Position numbers and translations under genes: made by a program
Notes under the pieces: generated by a model
The model's database searches: none
What the model saw: the letters and a program-made list of their open reading frames with translations, nothing else
What the model was told of the DNA's origin: nothing
Shown here: in pieces, positions 21,720 to 34,603 of the stretch
Position numbering within the stretch: position 1 is the first letter of the stretch
Layout of the letters: each line of letters starts with the position of its first letter
From: Marsupella aquatica
Taxonomy: Eukaryota; Plantae; Marchantiophyta
Reading direction: 5' to 3'
Assembly: GCA_973895155.1 (NCBI GenBank)
Contig: OZ316892.1
Span: 3,041,223 to 3,105,222 of the forward strand
Length of the DNA stretch: 64,000 nt

Positions 21720-22065
21720 TTGAACTAGATGAGCAACCAACATTTGAATTCAAGCTACATGCAGGGTGCGAGGGTGAGGTACTGTTTGAACAGGAGCAAC
21801 CAATTCAACATGATTTGGATTGAAGTTCAGGGTGAGTTACAACAGGGCAACTTACTATCTGAACATGAGCAACCAACATTTGGATGCAGGTTCAGAGTGA
21901 GATATTGTTTGAACAATTGGATTCCAGCTCAGGCAAAGCTATTGTGTGAACATTTCAAGTTCAAGGTAAGTTATTGTTTGAACTTTTTGATTCAAGTTCA
22001 GACTGAATTTAGATTCAATTCAGGGTGAGTTAACATTGAGAGCTAAGTTCAGGGTGAGTCCTGTT
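21720..22065 (+). repeat. Degenerate tandem repeat region
   Basis: Recurring TTCAGGGTGAG, TGTTTGAAC and ATGAGCAACCAACATTTG words. Confidence 0.6.
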
Positions 22066-22875
22066 TGATATGTTATCAATTGATGGACACGTGCTCAAAA
22101 CTGATATGACACAAACTGGTGGATGCATGCTCCAAACTGGGTTGAAACTGTGTTAGGCGTCCTTGAAGGCCTTTCCCAAATGTCACTCAGAGTTCAGAAC
22201 AGGACAAGCTTAAAAGTGGAGAGTAGGAGAGTAGGAGTAGGAATATTTCACCTGGTGTTCTTCTGGGTTTAGTAACTTCTTGGAAAATTTTACAAAATAT
22301 ACTCATTTTTTATTTAAGATGTGTAGGAAGTGGTCACCTACATGCTGTCCATTTCAATACAATTCTATTATTTCTAAGGAAAAAGACAAAATACCTAAAG
22401 AACTCATATACTCCACTCAAATAACGAGTGAAAGAGCTTGTGGTTGGGCTTGTAGTACTATTTTTGCTTGAACAAAGTGCCAAAAATATCCAACTGAAAA
22501 AACTCACAACAACAACCAAAAAAAGCAATCCGAGAATAAGGAGTGCAGGTGCCGTAAGCAAATATGTTAATCTGGAAAAGTTTGGATCTAAATCTGGGCC
22601 AAGTCATTACCAAACTCAGAGTCAAATGAAAGTGCGTCTAGCAATAAAATTACGGGTATTTAGCACTTCAATGTGAGGCACCATCTCATGCAAGGACATA
22701 TTAATTCAAATCATGTTTACTCTCAGGCTCTACTGCCGCAAAAATTGTGCCATTCAAAAATTGCAACCGGGCAAACAGCACTACACTTTGGGCAGGCCAG
22801 GTAGACAACAATGCATGGCAAACATTCAATAACCAAAAAGGGTTTTCCTTCCTAGCATTCTGTCCTGTGTTACAA

Positions 22876-25106
22876 TTATGAGATCCTTATGAAAAGTACC
22901 ACAATTATGGCAACAGCAAGAACAACAATGATGGTAACCATGATCCACTTGTGTTTGCTCATTCTTCGGGTCATTGAGTTCAGGATTCGCTTGCTCTTTC
23001 CAATACTGTCATCAACTCTGTGTAACTGCATCAGGCAGCACAAAGCACTAAAGCAAAAAAATTAAAGCCTGTCACAATGCTCCAACCGGTAAAATAATCA
23101 GCTCTATATGGAGGCTAGAGCTATCTTGGATTCTCCTCCACATTCTAATGCTTAGATCCATTCTGAAGGATGGCAGAGCAATATATATAGCTTATAGTCA
23201 ATGACACTCCTTGCAAGATATAGTTGATCAATCAGCAAACCTTTTGTTTAGGAATAAGCATTATTTCAAAGCTATTGCACAAGATTAAAACAACGTTTGC
23301 TTGTCTTGACCAGAATCAATTTGGGGATTAACACTTCATTAATTACTGTGTTGACTACTTTTTTGTGGAGAAAGCAAGCTCCTTGTTAAAGGGGCCGGAA
23401 TGTTACTTTTGAGAACCCCACAAAGGGCCAAATTAGCAGAATTTGCTCTGTAGGATCTGAACCGATGCCAACATTGGCACTACAATCCTTGGTTTACATA
23501 AGGAGGGGAAACTTTCAAAAACAGATTTCCTCAAAATATGACCATAAATTTGGGACCCTCCCAGCTTTGTTAACATGAATCCACCACCAAAAGGGACACA
23601 CAATAGTTGACCTAGACTTCCTATATGCCCAACAGTATTAGCTTAGACCCACCGTTTCACGAGAATGCAGAAGAACTTGTCTTTGCTGATGGAGATCTTG
23701 AAGAATAGACACACCAAGATCTTCTGTTTCTAGTAGATTTCGCTTGCTGTCTTTGATCTTGTCTCCAGCCTGGTTCAACCTTTCTGTTGACATTGCTAAT
23801 CTTCCTCGTTGGTCAGCAGACAACTGTGAAATGGGCACAAGACACAACGTAGAGCAAAAGAGGGCAAATTGAGCTCTGTCCAACAATACACATTACAGAA
23901 ATCTCCCATGACAGTCTCAACAAAGAATGGTAGGATTATCTCCAACCTATATATAGCGCTTTATTGGAGTATCAAGTTTCAGCCCCTACCCTTGATGTTT
24001 CCATATTTATAAAAAAGAATTTTCACTAATTAAAGGATCAAGAGCTCGACTTGATCGGGGGAGGTGGGTACAAATTCTTACTAAATCAGAATTGGCCATC
24101 CCTCCCTTCATCAAGTCATCCCTCAAAGCAATCGCATCACTTGCTGCAGATAATTTCTTTACTTCTCGTTTGAGGTTATTCAAATCAGATTTGTACTCTC
24201 GCAATTTAGCGAGTAGTGCAGCCTTCTGATGAAATGGCAAACTTCGTGCTTCAAGGTCCATTCTCCGGATCTGTGAAATATTAAACACAAGAATGTCAAC
24301 TGCAGCATGCATATGGACATCGAGCAAGTAAGTGCAGCTGTAGAATTGAAGAGATTGCAGGGCCTTCCAAGGGATGAGGGCAGCACTCCATACAATGCAC
24401 ATGAAACTCCCGGTGCAAACTGATCTTCAAGGAAGAGTAATTGGATTCACGATAGGATCACATGACTTTCATAAGAATAATCGCATAATGCAATATAGCT
24501 TATTGAAGTGCATTTGCACGACTGACAGGAGATGTAATTGAATTCTTGAAGGTGGCAGTCACTCAATGCATCTATTAAAGGACAATCAAACGTACATCAT
24601 ATTCAAATGACCTAGGTATTTAGATCCCTAACTTTATAACGGACAAAACCAGTATACACAATTATCACCAAGCATGTTTATAGTACCAGCGATTCTGCCT
24701 CATCCACTCCAGTCTTGAGCTCTGAAAATGATACTTTCCGCTCCTCTGTCACGTTAAAGCACAGGAAAACAGGTTAAGAGAAATTACAGCATGTTGTGTC
24801 GCTTCAAGTGCGTTGTTCTAGAGGTGGCATGCACACATGTTCTCTACATGACAATATCATTGAGACTCAAGTCTAAACAGAAAGAGAATAATGTCACATT
24901 CTCAGGGTTGCATTGCATTAGATCTAGACCAAATCCAATGCAGAAAACAAAATGTAAAGCAACAAGGCAGCACCAGGCAACAGGCAACAGGCCCTGGGTC
25001 TAAATCACAAACCTCCATTGACAATACCGGTGGATGTACATTTCCGGGACAAGTTGGTTGAAAGCTCACAATACTGCCGTTCATAGCCATCGAATATCTC
25101 ACTCAT
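22876..25106 (-). CDS. VTI1: Vesicle transport v-SNARE (Qb-SNARE VTI1 family), 220 aa
   Basis: Exons 25013-25106, 24687-24745, 24082-24270, 23653-23823 and 22876-23025, all GT-AG and in phase. The product reads MSEIFDGYERQYCELS...IRRMDLEARSL...LREYKSDLNNLKRE...LETEDLGVSILQDLHQQR...SKRILNSMTRRM and ends in a TM helix. Confidence 0.97.
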
Positions 25107-25809
25107 CCTCCCACGCGAGGACGAGGAGCCGCGCAAATGCAAGTTATGAAATTTGTTGATGCCTTCAGAGACAGATTTGCCACAAAGACTCTACACTGCG
25201 TGCCCTAACTATTAAAGCTGCTACCGCCATGACAATCCAACACAAAAAGTAATAAAGTCAGAGCCAATTCACATTTGCCACATAATTGCTCGCCCAGGAG
25301 AAAATGCCACGCAGGGGACAGAAAATTGTTTTGTGATTTGTTGTGGATTTTGCCTACAACACAATCACGGCAGTGCTGATTGTGTTGAAGGCACATCTGC
25401 ACGCACAAAGAAGAAGAAGAAGAACACAGAATGCCATCATCGAGACGACAAATCGTTTGGTGCTTTCTTGTGGGTTTCTGCTCTGAACGCCATGACGGGA
25501 TGGTCTTGTGGGGAGGCACCGAACGCAGATATCCAATCCAGGAAGGAATAGAGAAAGGATTGAAGGCAAGAAACCTGAAGAATTGCAATCACATGACAGA
25601 CCAAATTGCCAATTCGCCACTTTGCCACTTTGCCTCCTGTCTGAAAGGAAAACTCTGTTTCTCTCAAAGGTTCTGCAACAACACCTGCTACAGTTTGCTG
25701 CTCTTCTATTCTTGCCTTCAAATGCATATAGTGACCTCTCTCTAACTGCACATATGGGGGAAGAAGCGTCCAATGTGCACTAAATGAGGATTTGCAGTAC
25801 AAGTGCAAT

Positions 25810-25908
25810 CACCTGGAATTTGCTTTTGGCGATAAACTGAAAGGAATGCAAACACCTGGAATTTGCTTTTGGCAATAAACTGAAAGGAATGCAAACACCT
25901 GGAATTTG
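25810..25908 (+). repeat. 43-bp tandem repeat (about 2.3 copies) upstream of VTI1
   Basis: CACCTGGAATTTGCTTTTGGC(G/A)ATAAACTGAAAGGAATGCAAA repeated. A separate 40-bp duplication lies at 26341-26418. Confidence 0.9.
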
Positions 25909-26806
25909 TACTTATCAATAAGTGGAAGGATGCAAAAAGTGGTTTAGTGCACACAGGGGATTATGCACTTAGAGAGAGTTAACTCTACTCATCTGTACTT
26001 GCCCCTCCCCTTGGTACTTGCATGAAATGAGAACTCCACTAAAATGACTTTTTGGATGAAATACAAGTGGGCATGGGGCCAAAGGTAAACATCTCATCAT
26101 AAAATTGTTTTCACTTTTCAATGCTCACTATGGTTTACTTTTATACATTGTAACCTCTTCTGCACAACTTCGTTATTTACCACATTACGGCCAAGGACAT
26201 GTAAAAATATTTTATGGTCAGGACACAACACCCTCCTGGCTAGCCAAATTCATGTCCCATAAGAATTTAACGGTTTCAATCATAAGACACTTCTTATGGC
26301 TGTCACAAGTTTCAGCCATAAGACTGTTCTTATAGCTCTACTTTGACACGCCCTCTTGGACTCTTGTACACATCCAGCAACTTTGACACTCCCTATTGGA
26401 CTCTTGTAAACATCCAGCCAATGCTGTTGTCGGATTTACTTTAAGAGAGCCATTCTTTGCCCTGGCCTGTAATGAAGACCAAGCTGGAAATCAACGATGT
26501 TGTGAAAGGCAATCCGCGAGAGGGGTTATTCATGAGATCTCGACTTCAAGGTACTGGCAAAAGCCCTTCCATGCTATGACGAAAATGTAGTTAGTCCTAT
26601 TTGAAGCCTGAGATCTCCATTGAGGTTTTTTCATTTGCTTCAAAACCCAGCTCAATGCTGGTTATTCTGCACTCACGTGAAGTGATTTTAGACATTACAG
26701 TCACGGGGAGAGGGCGGGGACAAAACTCTCTTATTTAGTTGGCCTGCAACTAGAAGGATTTTTCTTGGCTCAGGGTACAGGAGCTGGCTACATATTGGAC
26801 GGTACA

Positions 26807-29800
26807 TCATTGGGTCTGGTATCTTAACGTCGACAAATAGACAGAAAAATCTGAGGTTTGCCTGAAATTAGGGACCGACTCTAAGCAAAATCTAAACACA
26901 GATGCCAATATTTGAGGATCCTTCAGTGCGTTTGCAGCCTCAAGAAACACAGCTGGAGCAACTCCCTCGACCTGCTAAAACCAATGGATCATAAATCATT
27001 TGTCAAAAGATGGGACAACAGTCACACAAGCCCATAGGTTTATCTCAAAACACGATCAACAAATTTCCAGCTGCTCTGCTTAGCACTTCATCTGTAAGAC
27101 CTACAAACAGCTGCAATGAAAACGATAAATAAGTGTCGATTCCATGCGACCGAACATCAAATCTGTGAGCATCTGGTGGAGACAACACCTGACCATACCT
27201 TATTCTGGCGCACATGGCAAATAGCCTCCAATATTCGACCTTCTTGTAGCAGATATGTAACATAATCAGTATGCCCATGAAGCTGCCGCAGCATGTCCAT
27301 TCCCAGCTTTCGTGTTGCTATGTCCTGTGTTCCTACCTCTAAGAGCTGAAAAGCCACTGTCTTCGATGCAGGCATCACCTTACCAACAATAAGCTGCCAC
27401 AGCTCATAATATTGTTGTTGCTGGGCAAGGAGATGTATAATCAACACATGGAGTCCTGGATTTACCCTCACATGCTCCGTTGCAGAACTGCAGTATGTTA
27501 AAACGAACAACCGAAAAGTCATACTGCTGAAGTGGCCACGAGACTTTACCAAAATGTCCTACAAATTCCACAAAAGTTTGAATGTACACTTGCCAACTAA
27601 AAATTTGCTATATGGCCCCTCCAAAGAGCAAATCCCTCAGCTAAACGATGAACCCAATCACGCAGATTTCCCTGCAATCAATCCTCACAGCTCCAAACAA
27701 TGCCGCTTCTTACAACGAACATGAAAACTTGCTACTTCTAAAGCTTTCACATATTGCTGGTGTTGAGATGATTCAATAGGAACACCTTGAGAGGTATTAT
27801 TAAATACCTGTGCAAGTACTCAATGATGGTAGCTACCAAAAAGGGAGACTCGACAATCATATCCCTTTCAATGGCACTGAATACGTTCTGTTGCATCTCC
27901 TCGGGTGAAATGGAGGGAGAGGTGATCCCTTTACTCTCACTGACCTCAGTGACATACATCTCCGCATGACCTTGTTCCCAAGGTCTTGCACTGATCTCCC
28001 CTAAAATAGAAGAAGGTGCATTGGATGAAAGCCCGGTCAAGCCATCAACCTCGTTTTCACCTTTGCTGGAACCCACATTTGATGCATCTCCTGCAGAGTC
28101 TGCAGTGATCTTAACAGCCTTAGGACTAGAATCAAAAGAATTTCCAGTCGTTTGGTCCAAGCTGTCTTGAACTCGCCCTCTTGTACTCGCTTCTAGATCT
28201 ACATAAACCGCAGATGATTCTCTATTAATTTTCTTCTGCTGAACTGCCTGAACAACAGCATCAGGTAAAGTAGCGCCAGAAACATCAAATTCTCTTGGTG
28301 CTTGAAAGGTTGCCGAAATCCTAGAGGCCGCAGTATGGCTTTGCTGATCCCACTTCTTGGCATGAGATCGGTCAGATGTGTTTACTAGTTTAACTGCCTG
28401 GGCATAAGAACATGCCAGGATATCCATTGCTCTTCCTATAAGTGGCAAAGGTTGTCTTTCAATAATCATCGAGCGAACAATTTCCATAGAGAGGAGCTTG
28501 GCCTGAACACACAAAAAACATATTAGGACAGAAGAAGGTGTAAGACATCTTACACTATAATCTTTGCAAACATGCGATCAGAGTCACATCTTAGCCATAT
28601 ATTATGCTTGAGCAAAAAGACCCTCAACGGTTAAATACAACCTTCAAATCGACTTTCATTCTAAGCGAAATTTTCCTGGCCAGAGGAACCACATTCACAA
28701 CAAGACTTTTAAGTGGTTCTGTACTTGACCACTTCACCGCATGCAGGGAAAGCAAACAACAGGACTCCACAGACATAGAATCGCACAAGGAACTTGATTT
28801 CAGTAAGCACCAACCTTGTTAGCTTCAAGAGACCGCCGTTGCAAAAATGCCAGCAATAACAGAATACCTGAGGAGCTGGCAGCAATTGCCTGAATAATTC
28901 AGGTTGTATGTTAGTTGTAACTAGCACTGGGCACCCGATGATGTTCGGGACATCCTGTACGATACTTGCATGAAAGAAGCTCTTAATCCTTTCTCTTAAA
29001 AAAAGCTCATCATCAACCACTCTTACGGTAAACCCCAAGAAGACCAGAGCATTGAGAAGAAGATGGAAGGCCCAGATTTCGCTTGACATACCTCCAGGTC
29101 TACATGAAGTTTCCAGAGAAGTCCACGAGCACAGTCCAGCACAATATCAGGATTTGCAAAAACCCATCCACTGTCATATACTGTGGCCCCTGCAATAGAT
29201 AAGTTTTCTAATTGCTCAACGTCGAATGAACTATTCTCACGTTCAGAAGTTGTCCGCGACAATGGATACGAGGGTAATCCTCTTAAGAGAAGTGGAAGTG
29301 GTGCTGAGATAGGAACCTTAGAATCCGACATGACGTCATAAAGTAGAACCACCTTAGAATCAATCTCATGGACGAGAAGCACATTATCGACAACACTGAG
29401 AGCTACATGACGTGAATACATTGGCAGGACTCCCTGCATTGTCAGATAAAAACACAAGGAGAAAGAAACAGCAAGTCAGAGAAAAGGTTGCCGGAAAGAG
29501 AAGATGCAGGTGACTGCTACAATCAACTTCTGCTGAACGTTATGTCCCTCATTCACATCATGTTGAAAAATGAATCGGGTCGTCAAGTTGAGCTTCCAAT
29601 GTTTTCATTAAACTTAAGTCTCCCAAGGAAACGAGGACTATTCCACGAATCGAACAGTTACTCCGGATCATGCCCTCAGAAACAACAACAGTTTCGCTCT
29701 ACAGCAGAAGTGCTCCGCTTGCAACCGACCAGAATTGTTAGACATACTCTAACCCCATCAATGACCCCACATTCCACAAAAGAAGGTCTCGAAACACATG

Positions 29801-32472
29801 ATTGATACACTCTCTAGAGGAAAATATTCTTTGACGGTTTGTCCTTAAGATCAAACAATTTTTTTTCACGAGTGGAGCCTCGTAGAAATGGCACGCGGTG
29901 TAGTCCCTCGAGCAGCGAGATGGCTGATCATTCTGGTCTGAGTTGTACCTGTGGTTCTACAGCGTCCCGATAAAATCGATAGAGACGAAGCTCCAATGCT
30001 ATTCTGTCAACTTGCAGACAATAGATTCTTCCATACCTGATCACCAGCAGATAAGAAGTCAGCAAGCCTCACTAGTTGCCATCTCATAACCACTACTTTG
30101 AAAACAAACATTGGAAAGAGCATGCACTCGGAACCTATATCATCTACTACGTTCAACAAAGGGAAGGAAAGAGAATCCACATTAACCGCCTACTCTACAA
30201 AAGAATCTGGCACTTGCTATGCTTATGAAGCTTACATGGTGGCGATGTGAACATCTTGTGAACCAAGTACTGGCTTAGAATTATCTTCAGATTTTTCCAT
30301 TGCTACATCAAATTTGGGCAGCTTAATTATCCCACCTCCTGAAAACTGAATGCAAGAAAAGGTGAGTTCCGCAAACAATACCACCCTCCAATCGCATTAC
30401 CCTGGTAAGGGAAAACAAAATGACACATCTAAGAGTCTGAACATGAAAATAAAAAATCGACCTGGGAATTACATCTTTAGATACAAGACAATCAAATCAA
30501 GTTCAGCAAGCTCAGCCCAACCAGAAAAGGAGTTCTGAGGAAAGTTTTACACGACTTTGCTTACCGTACATGCCTAAACTGAAAATGTAGCCTAAGGATC
30601 CACTTTTGCTGGAGGATGATCTAGGACTGTTTCAGTTCCTATCATCTTTGTTTGGATACTAAACATCAGCCAAACAGAGTCTGATTTTCCGTCTCTTGGA
30701 CCTCACCTATGCATTTTCCTTCTCTGGTTTTGATGACTCATTAAAGGAACTTTTGCTCCATTTCAATATCCATCTTCGGACAACATCAGAAAGCTAGCAA
30801 AAAAACCATAAAATATATATGAGAACCGTCTGTGACCTAAACCTAGCAACAATTATGGCTCAGCGACTGATTAGTTCTATTCTAACCATATTATGTAATA
30901 TTGAGATATTTCATTTCAGAACACGGCTGCAAGTAGTTCATTCCTGAACACCAAAACATCCACATAAAAGTCATGTGATGTTGAAATAACATGCACCACG
31001 CAATTAAGAAGTGAACTGGGACATACCTGGTAGCCAGAGAGAGTCTTGCATTGCATCCCTGATGCTAAAAGAACAAGCCGACTCTCGTGAGTGTAGACAT
31101 ACCAGCTCACGTTCAATCTCTTTGCTTCGACATACTTTGATTCAGTTCTACCGTGGTTAACCGTATACAATTCCAGTCCGCTGAAATTAACAACGAAAAA
31201 ACAAAAACCAATCAGCCATAATTTGACGTAAGAGATATACTAACAGAATGTATCCATGTCTAGGGTTGTGAACAGCATACTAACCTGCTCGTGACAAAAA
31301 CCACATCACAGGTTGGACAATCAGTCCAGAAGAGGCCTAGGATTTGGTCAGTTGCATGTCTGCAACGTTGGCGAAATAAAACATCACCACCTCTGCTGAC
31401 AAATTCAATCTCCTGACCTGATCTTTGAATGGCAAGAATTGTTCCATCCAGCGAGAATCGGACAAAGAGTACGGGTCCCTCCAGAATCTTTGTTTCAGAA
31501 GGATGGTCATCAGAAGATATCTTCTGATTAACTGGCCAACATAAGACCTACATAAACAACAGCACCTTAGGTCATGGATGTCTGCTGATGCGTACCAACT
31601 CTGTCACGACGAATCACGAAAGACAAACAAATCCTGTAGCGATGAAAGAGATCGAGCAGATTAGTGGATTCAAAGGGAGGTCAACTACCCAAAGAGAATG
31701 CTTCCCGAAGAGTACTAACCTAGAAACACATTCATTCAAATTACCGGTCTCAAAGCAGCGTACTGCAGTCAATTAAAGGGGAGGTTGATTCATTCTGTTG
31801 GGGTGCATAGCCTATCCTGACCATTGGCGCGAGAACCCTCCACATTTCATAATTGGAAGCTTTCAAATCACGCATTAAACCTTGCCCTTGTGAAGAATAA
31901 ACCCAAAACGAAACCTAGACTCGTCCGAGAGGAAACATGCAAGGGAAACATGAAGTACTAACTTAGGTCAAGCAAACGCGAATTCCACTCTCTAATTCAG
32001 ACAGAGTACACTAATCTCCCGTGCCATTCATGAACTCAACGGGAAGCGAAGTTTTGCCTTTTACTGCTAGAGTGTCTTGGACGTTGGAACCAATTTATGG
32101 CTGTTCAGAAACGGAGGGAGGCTGTAAGACTAAGGAGGCCTGTGATGGAGATACGCACATCCAGGTACTCTCAAATTTAGGCCCAGGAACTTTTGACGAA
32201 AAATGACAATCCTCACGCCCATAACGTAACAAGCAGCTCCAGTACACCATGATGAGAGATGGGAGGTAAGTAAAATAGCTGGTGTGGATTCTCACCTTAG
32301 TCGGGGTGGGGACGAGAAGAAATTTGTTTCCATCATCATAATACAATCCCGCAGCTCCGGGCGCAGTGAATCGCAAGGGAGGGTGTTGAATGTAGGCGTG
32401 AGATAATGCGCCGGATCCAATCGGAGAAGCTGTCGGCGCGGATGAAGCCGATGCGTGGTGCTTTCCCACCAT
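26807..32472 (-). CDS. RMC1: Regulator of MON1-CCZ1 complex (RMC1/Mic1-like), 785 aa
   Basis: Ten GT-AG exons in phase: 32296-32472, 31285-31547, 31027-31180, 30236-30345, 29949-30036, 29092-29433, 28815-28889, 27808-28502, 27199-27487, 26807-26971. Motifs: GALSHAYIQHPPLR, YYDDGNK, FWTDCPTCD, WYVYTHESRLVLLASGMQC, SVVDNVLLVH, PISAPLPLLLRG, LWKLHVDLEAIAASSS. Confidence 0.93.
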
Positions 32473-34227
32473 TGCAGACCCAGCTCCAAGATCGTTCCCT
32501 TCTTCAAAAATGCAATCAGCAGTAATTCTCGTCCGCTGCTTCTCTAGGCGACTGCCATGGAAAAGAAAATGGAAGCTTTGCGCAATTTGTGTCCGCCTGA
32601 ACTTATTGGAAAGCAAAAACACAGAAGCAAGCGACAGTCTTAAATACATATCACACTAAATATATATCACAATCACACAGCCAAAAAGGATATCGACAAG
32701 GAGACATGATCCAAAGACACAAGAACCCAATAAAGATGGAAGGAAAAACCAGTAAGACCAAAGAGACAACAAGTGAAGGAGTATCCCAAAAAACAAATAA
32801 CAAACTAAAAACACTCCTGGGCCATACACTGATATGGTAGAGCTCTAGAATAAACAGTCACAAGGAGAATCTGTCTAGAGTCCCTAAGTCTCGGCCCTAC
32901 TGAGAATAGTGAAAGCTTGGAGTGTAGAGTTTACCCTCTGAAGTGCCATGGACACCCCTTGTCGAAAGAAGACCGTGAAGACAGAAACAAGGGGAAAAGG
33001 CCTTTGTTCAATACAAAACACAAGGCCTTCGTTCAATACAAAACACAACACAAACTAGGTTGGAGAGCACCAAAAACTCTTAAAGCAAGATATTGAGTTG
33101 CATTGGTTGATCTCAAGATCAGAAAGTGGTGACCCAGCTATGAGTGGAATGGAGGGCATGTTCCAATATGCCCCACACACATTGCGAAGAAAAATCAATG
33201 CATAACAAAAGTTCTGTAGGAGATGAATTATATTGTAATTTAAAGGCCTTTGGGGCATTGCATTGCCAGCCAAGGTAATTTTTAGGGCACTTTTTTTGGA
33301 GAAGAATGCACACTCGAGATTTGCATCACCTTATTATGAAAATTCTATTCTTTCTCTTTTAACTCAAATAATTCATTAGTCAAAATAATTAAAAACAATT
33401 ATCAGGCCTACTAGTATATTAAGATCATGCTACCAGAATATTGTGGGCAATAATAGCCCCTCAAAACTTGAACTAAAGCTCTCCAGGGTATTGTGTATCC
33501 CCTACCTTACTATATACATCATTATAGAATCTTCTCTTGTTTATCAGAGGCACTTGTTTGCTGTGTCCCTACAATGTAACAAATAGCCTGCTACCCTGAG
33601 TGCTAGCTGCCTCTCGCTCTCAGGGAGAAAATAATACCCCTTGGGCAATCCTCTAAGTTCTTTGTTAATTATGCCCCATGTGCAATGCAAGGGCTCAGGG
33701 TTTAGGCATTTGGGCTCTCAGGCAGTATCTATCTGGAGGAGGGCAGAGGCTGTACGTTTTTAAGGTGACCCCCCTATGCAGCTTACTCCTGAACTTTACC
33801 AGGGTTCTCAGTTTACTAGAGGGTATGGCTTTTTTTTGCCTCTCTGGACTTTTGGGGGTTGTTCTTTGTTTTCTCCACTTTGTTGAGTTCTCTCACTTTG
33901 GGATATGTTGTTGGCTTTGGCTCTTTTTGGTCGTTGGCAGTGTGGTATATAAAGGTCTGCATGGCTATAAATGTGGAGCCTTCACTGCACCAAAAGTGAT
34001 TTAATGACTCTTGAGTCGTGCCTGGGTGTCAAACCTTCCTAGCAGCCCAGTTTTGAGGGGTTGAATCTATCTAGTAGAGGCTAGGGTAAAGGCCTATGGT
34101 CCAGAGTGAAACCTATCTGGGACACAGTTAACATTGGAGGTGGGTGATAAACAAAATGAAAACCACTGGAAACCACTATGGAGGAGAAAAGAGCAAGATC
34201 TTCTATTAGAGTCGTGTACCTAACTGA

Positions 34228-34603
34228 TAGATTAGATGGAGTTTACTCCTTTGACCTCTTCTTTTGAGTTCCTGTTGTCAGACCTGGTTTTTGTTTTTAT
34301 TCCAATGTACTTTGTTTGGCCTCTTTTGTTCAATAATGACTGCTTTCTCGGTAATAGATTAGATGAAGTTTACTCAATTGCCCTCTTCTTTTGAGTTTCC
34401 TGTTTGTCCTCACTGTACCTCTTTTGTTTTTATTTCATTATACTTTGTTTGGCTAGTAGATTGGTCTTTATCCTCTTCAAAGTTTAGTTTAGTTTTGGAT
34501 AGTTACATAGAATTATATGAAGTTTACTTCTTTGCGCTCTTCTTTTGCGTTTCCTGTTTGTCAGAGTCCTTTGCTTTTACTCCATTTTACTTTGTTTGGC
34601 ACG
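34228..34603 (+). repeat. Three degenerate tandem copies of an approximately 95-bp core
   Basis: TAGA.T.ATG.AGTTTACT...CTCTTCTTTTG.GTT.CTGTT...TACTTTGTTTGGC at 34228, 34355 and 34508. Confidence 0.8.
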
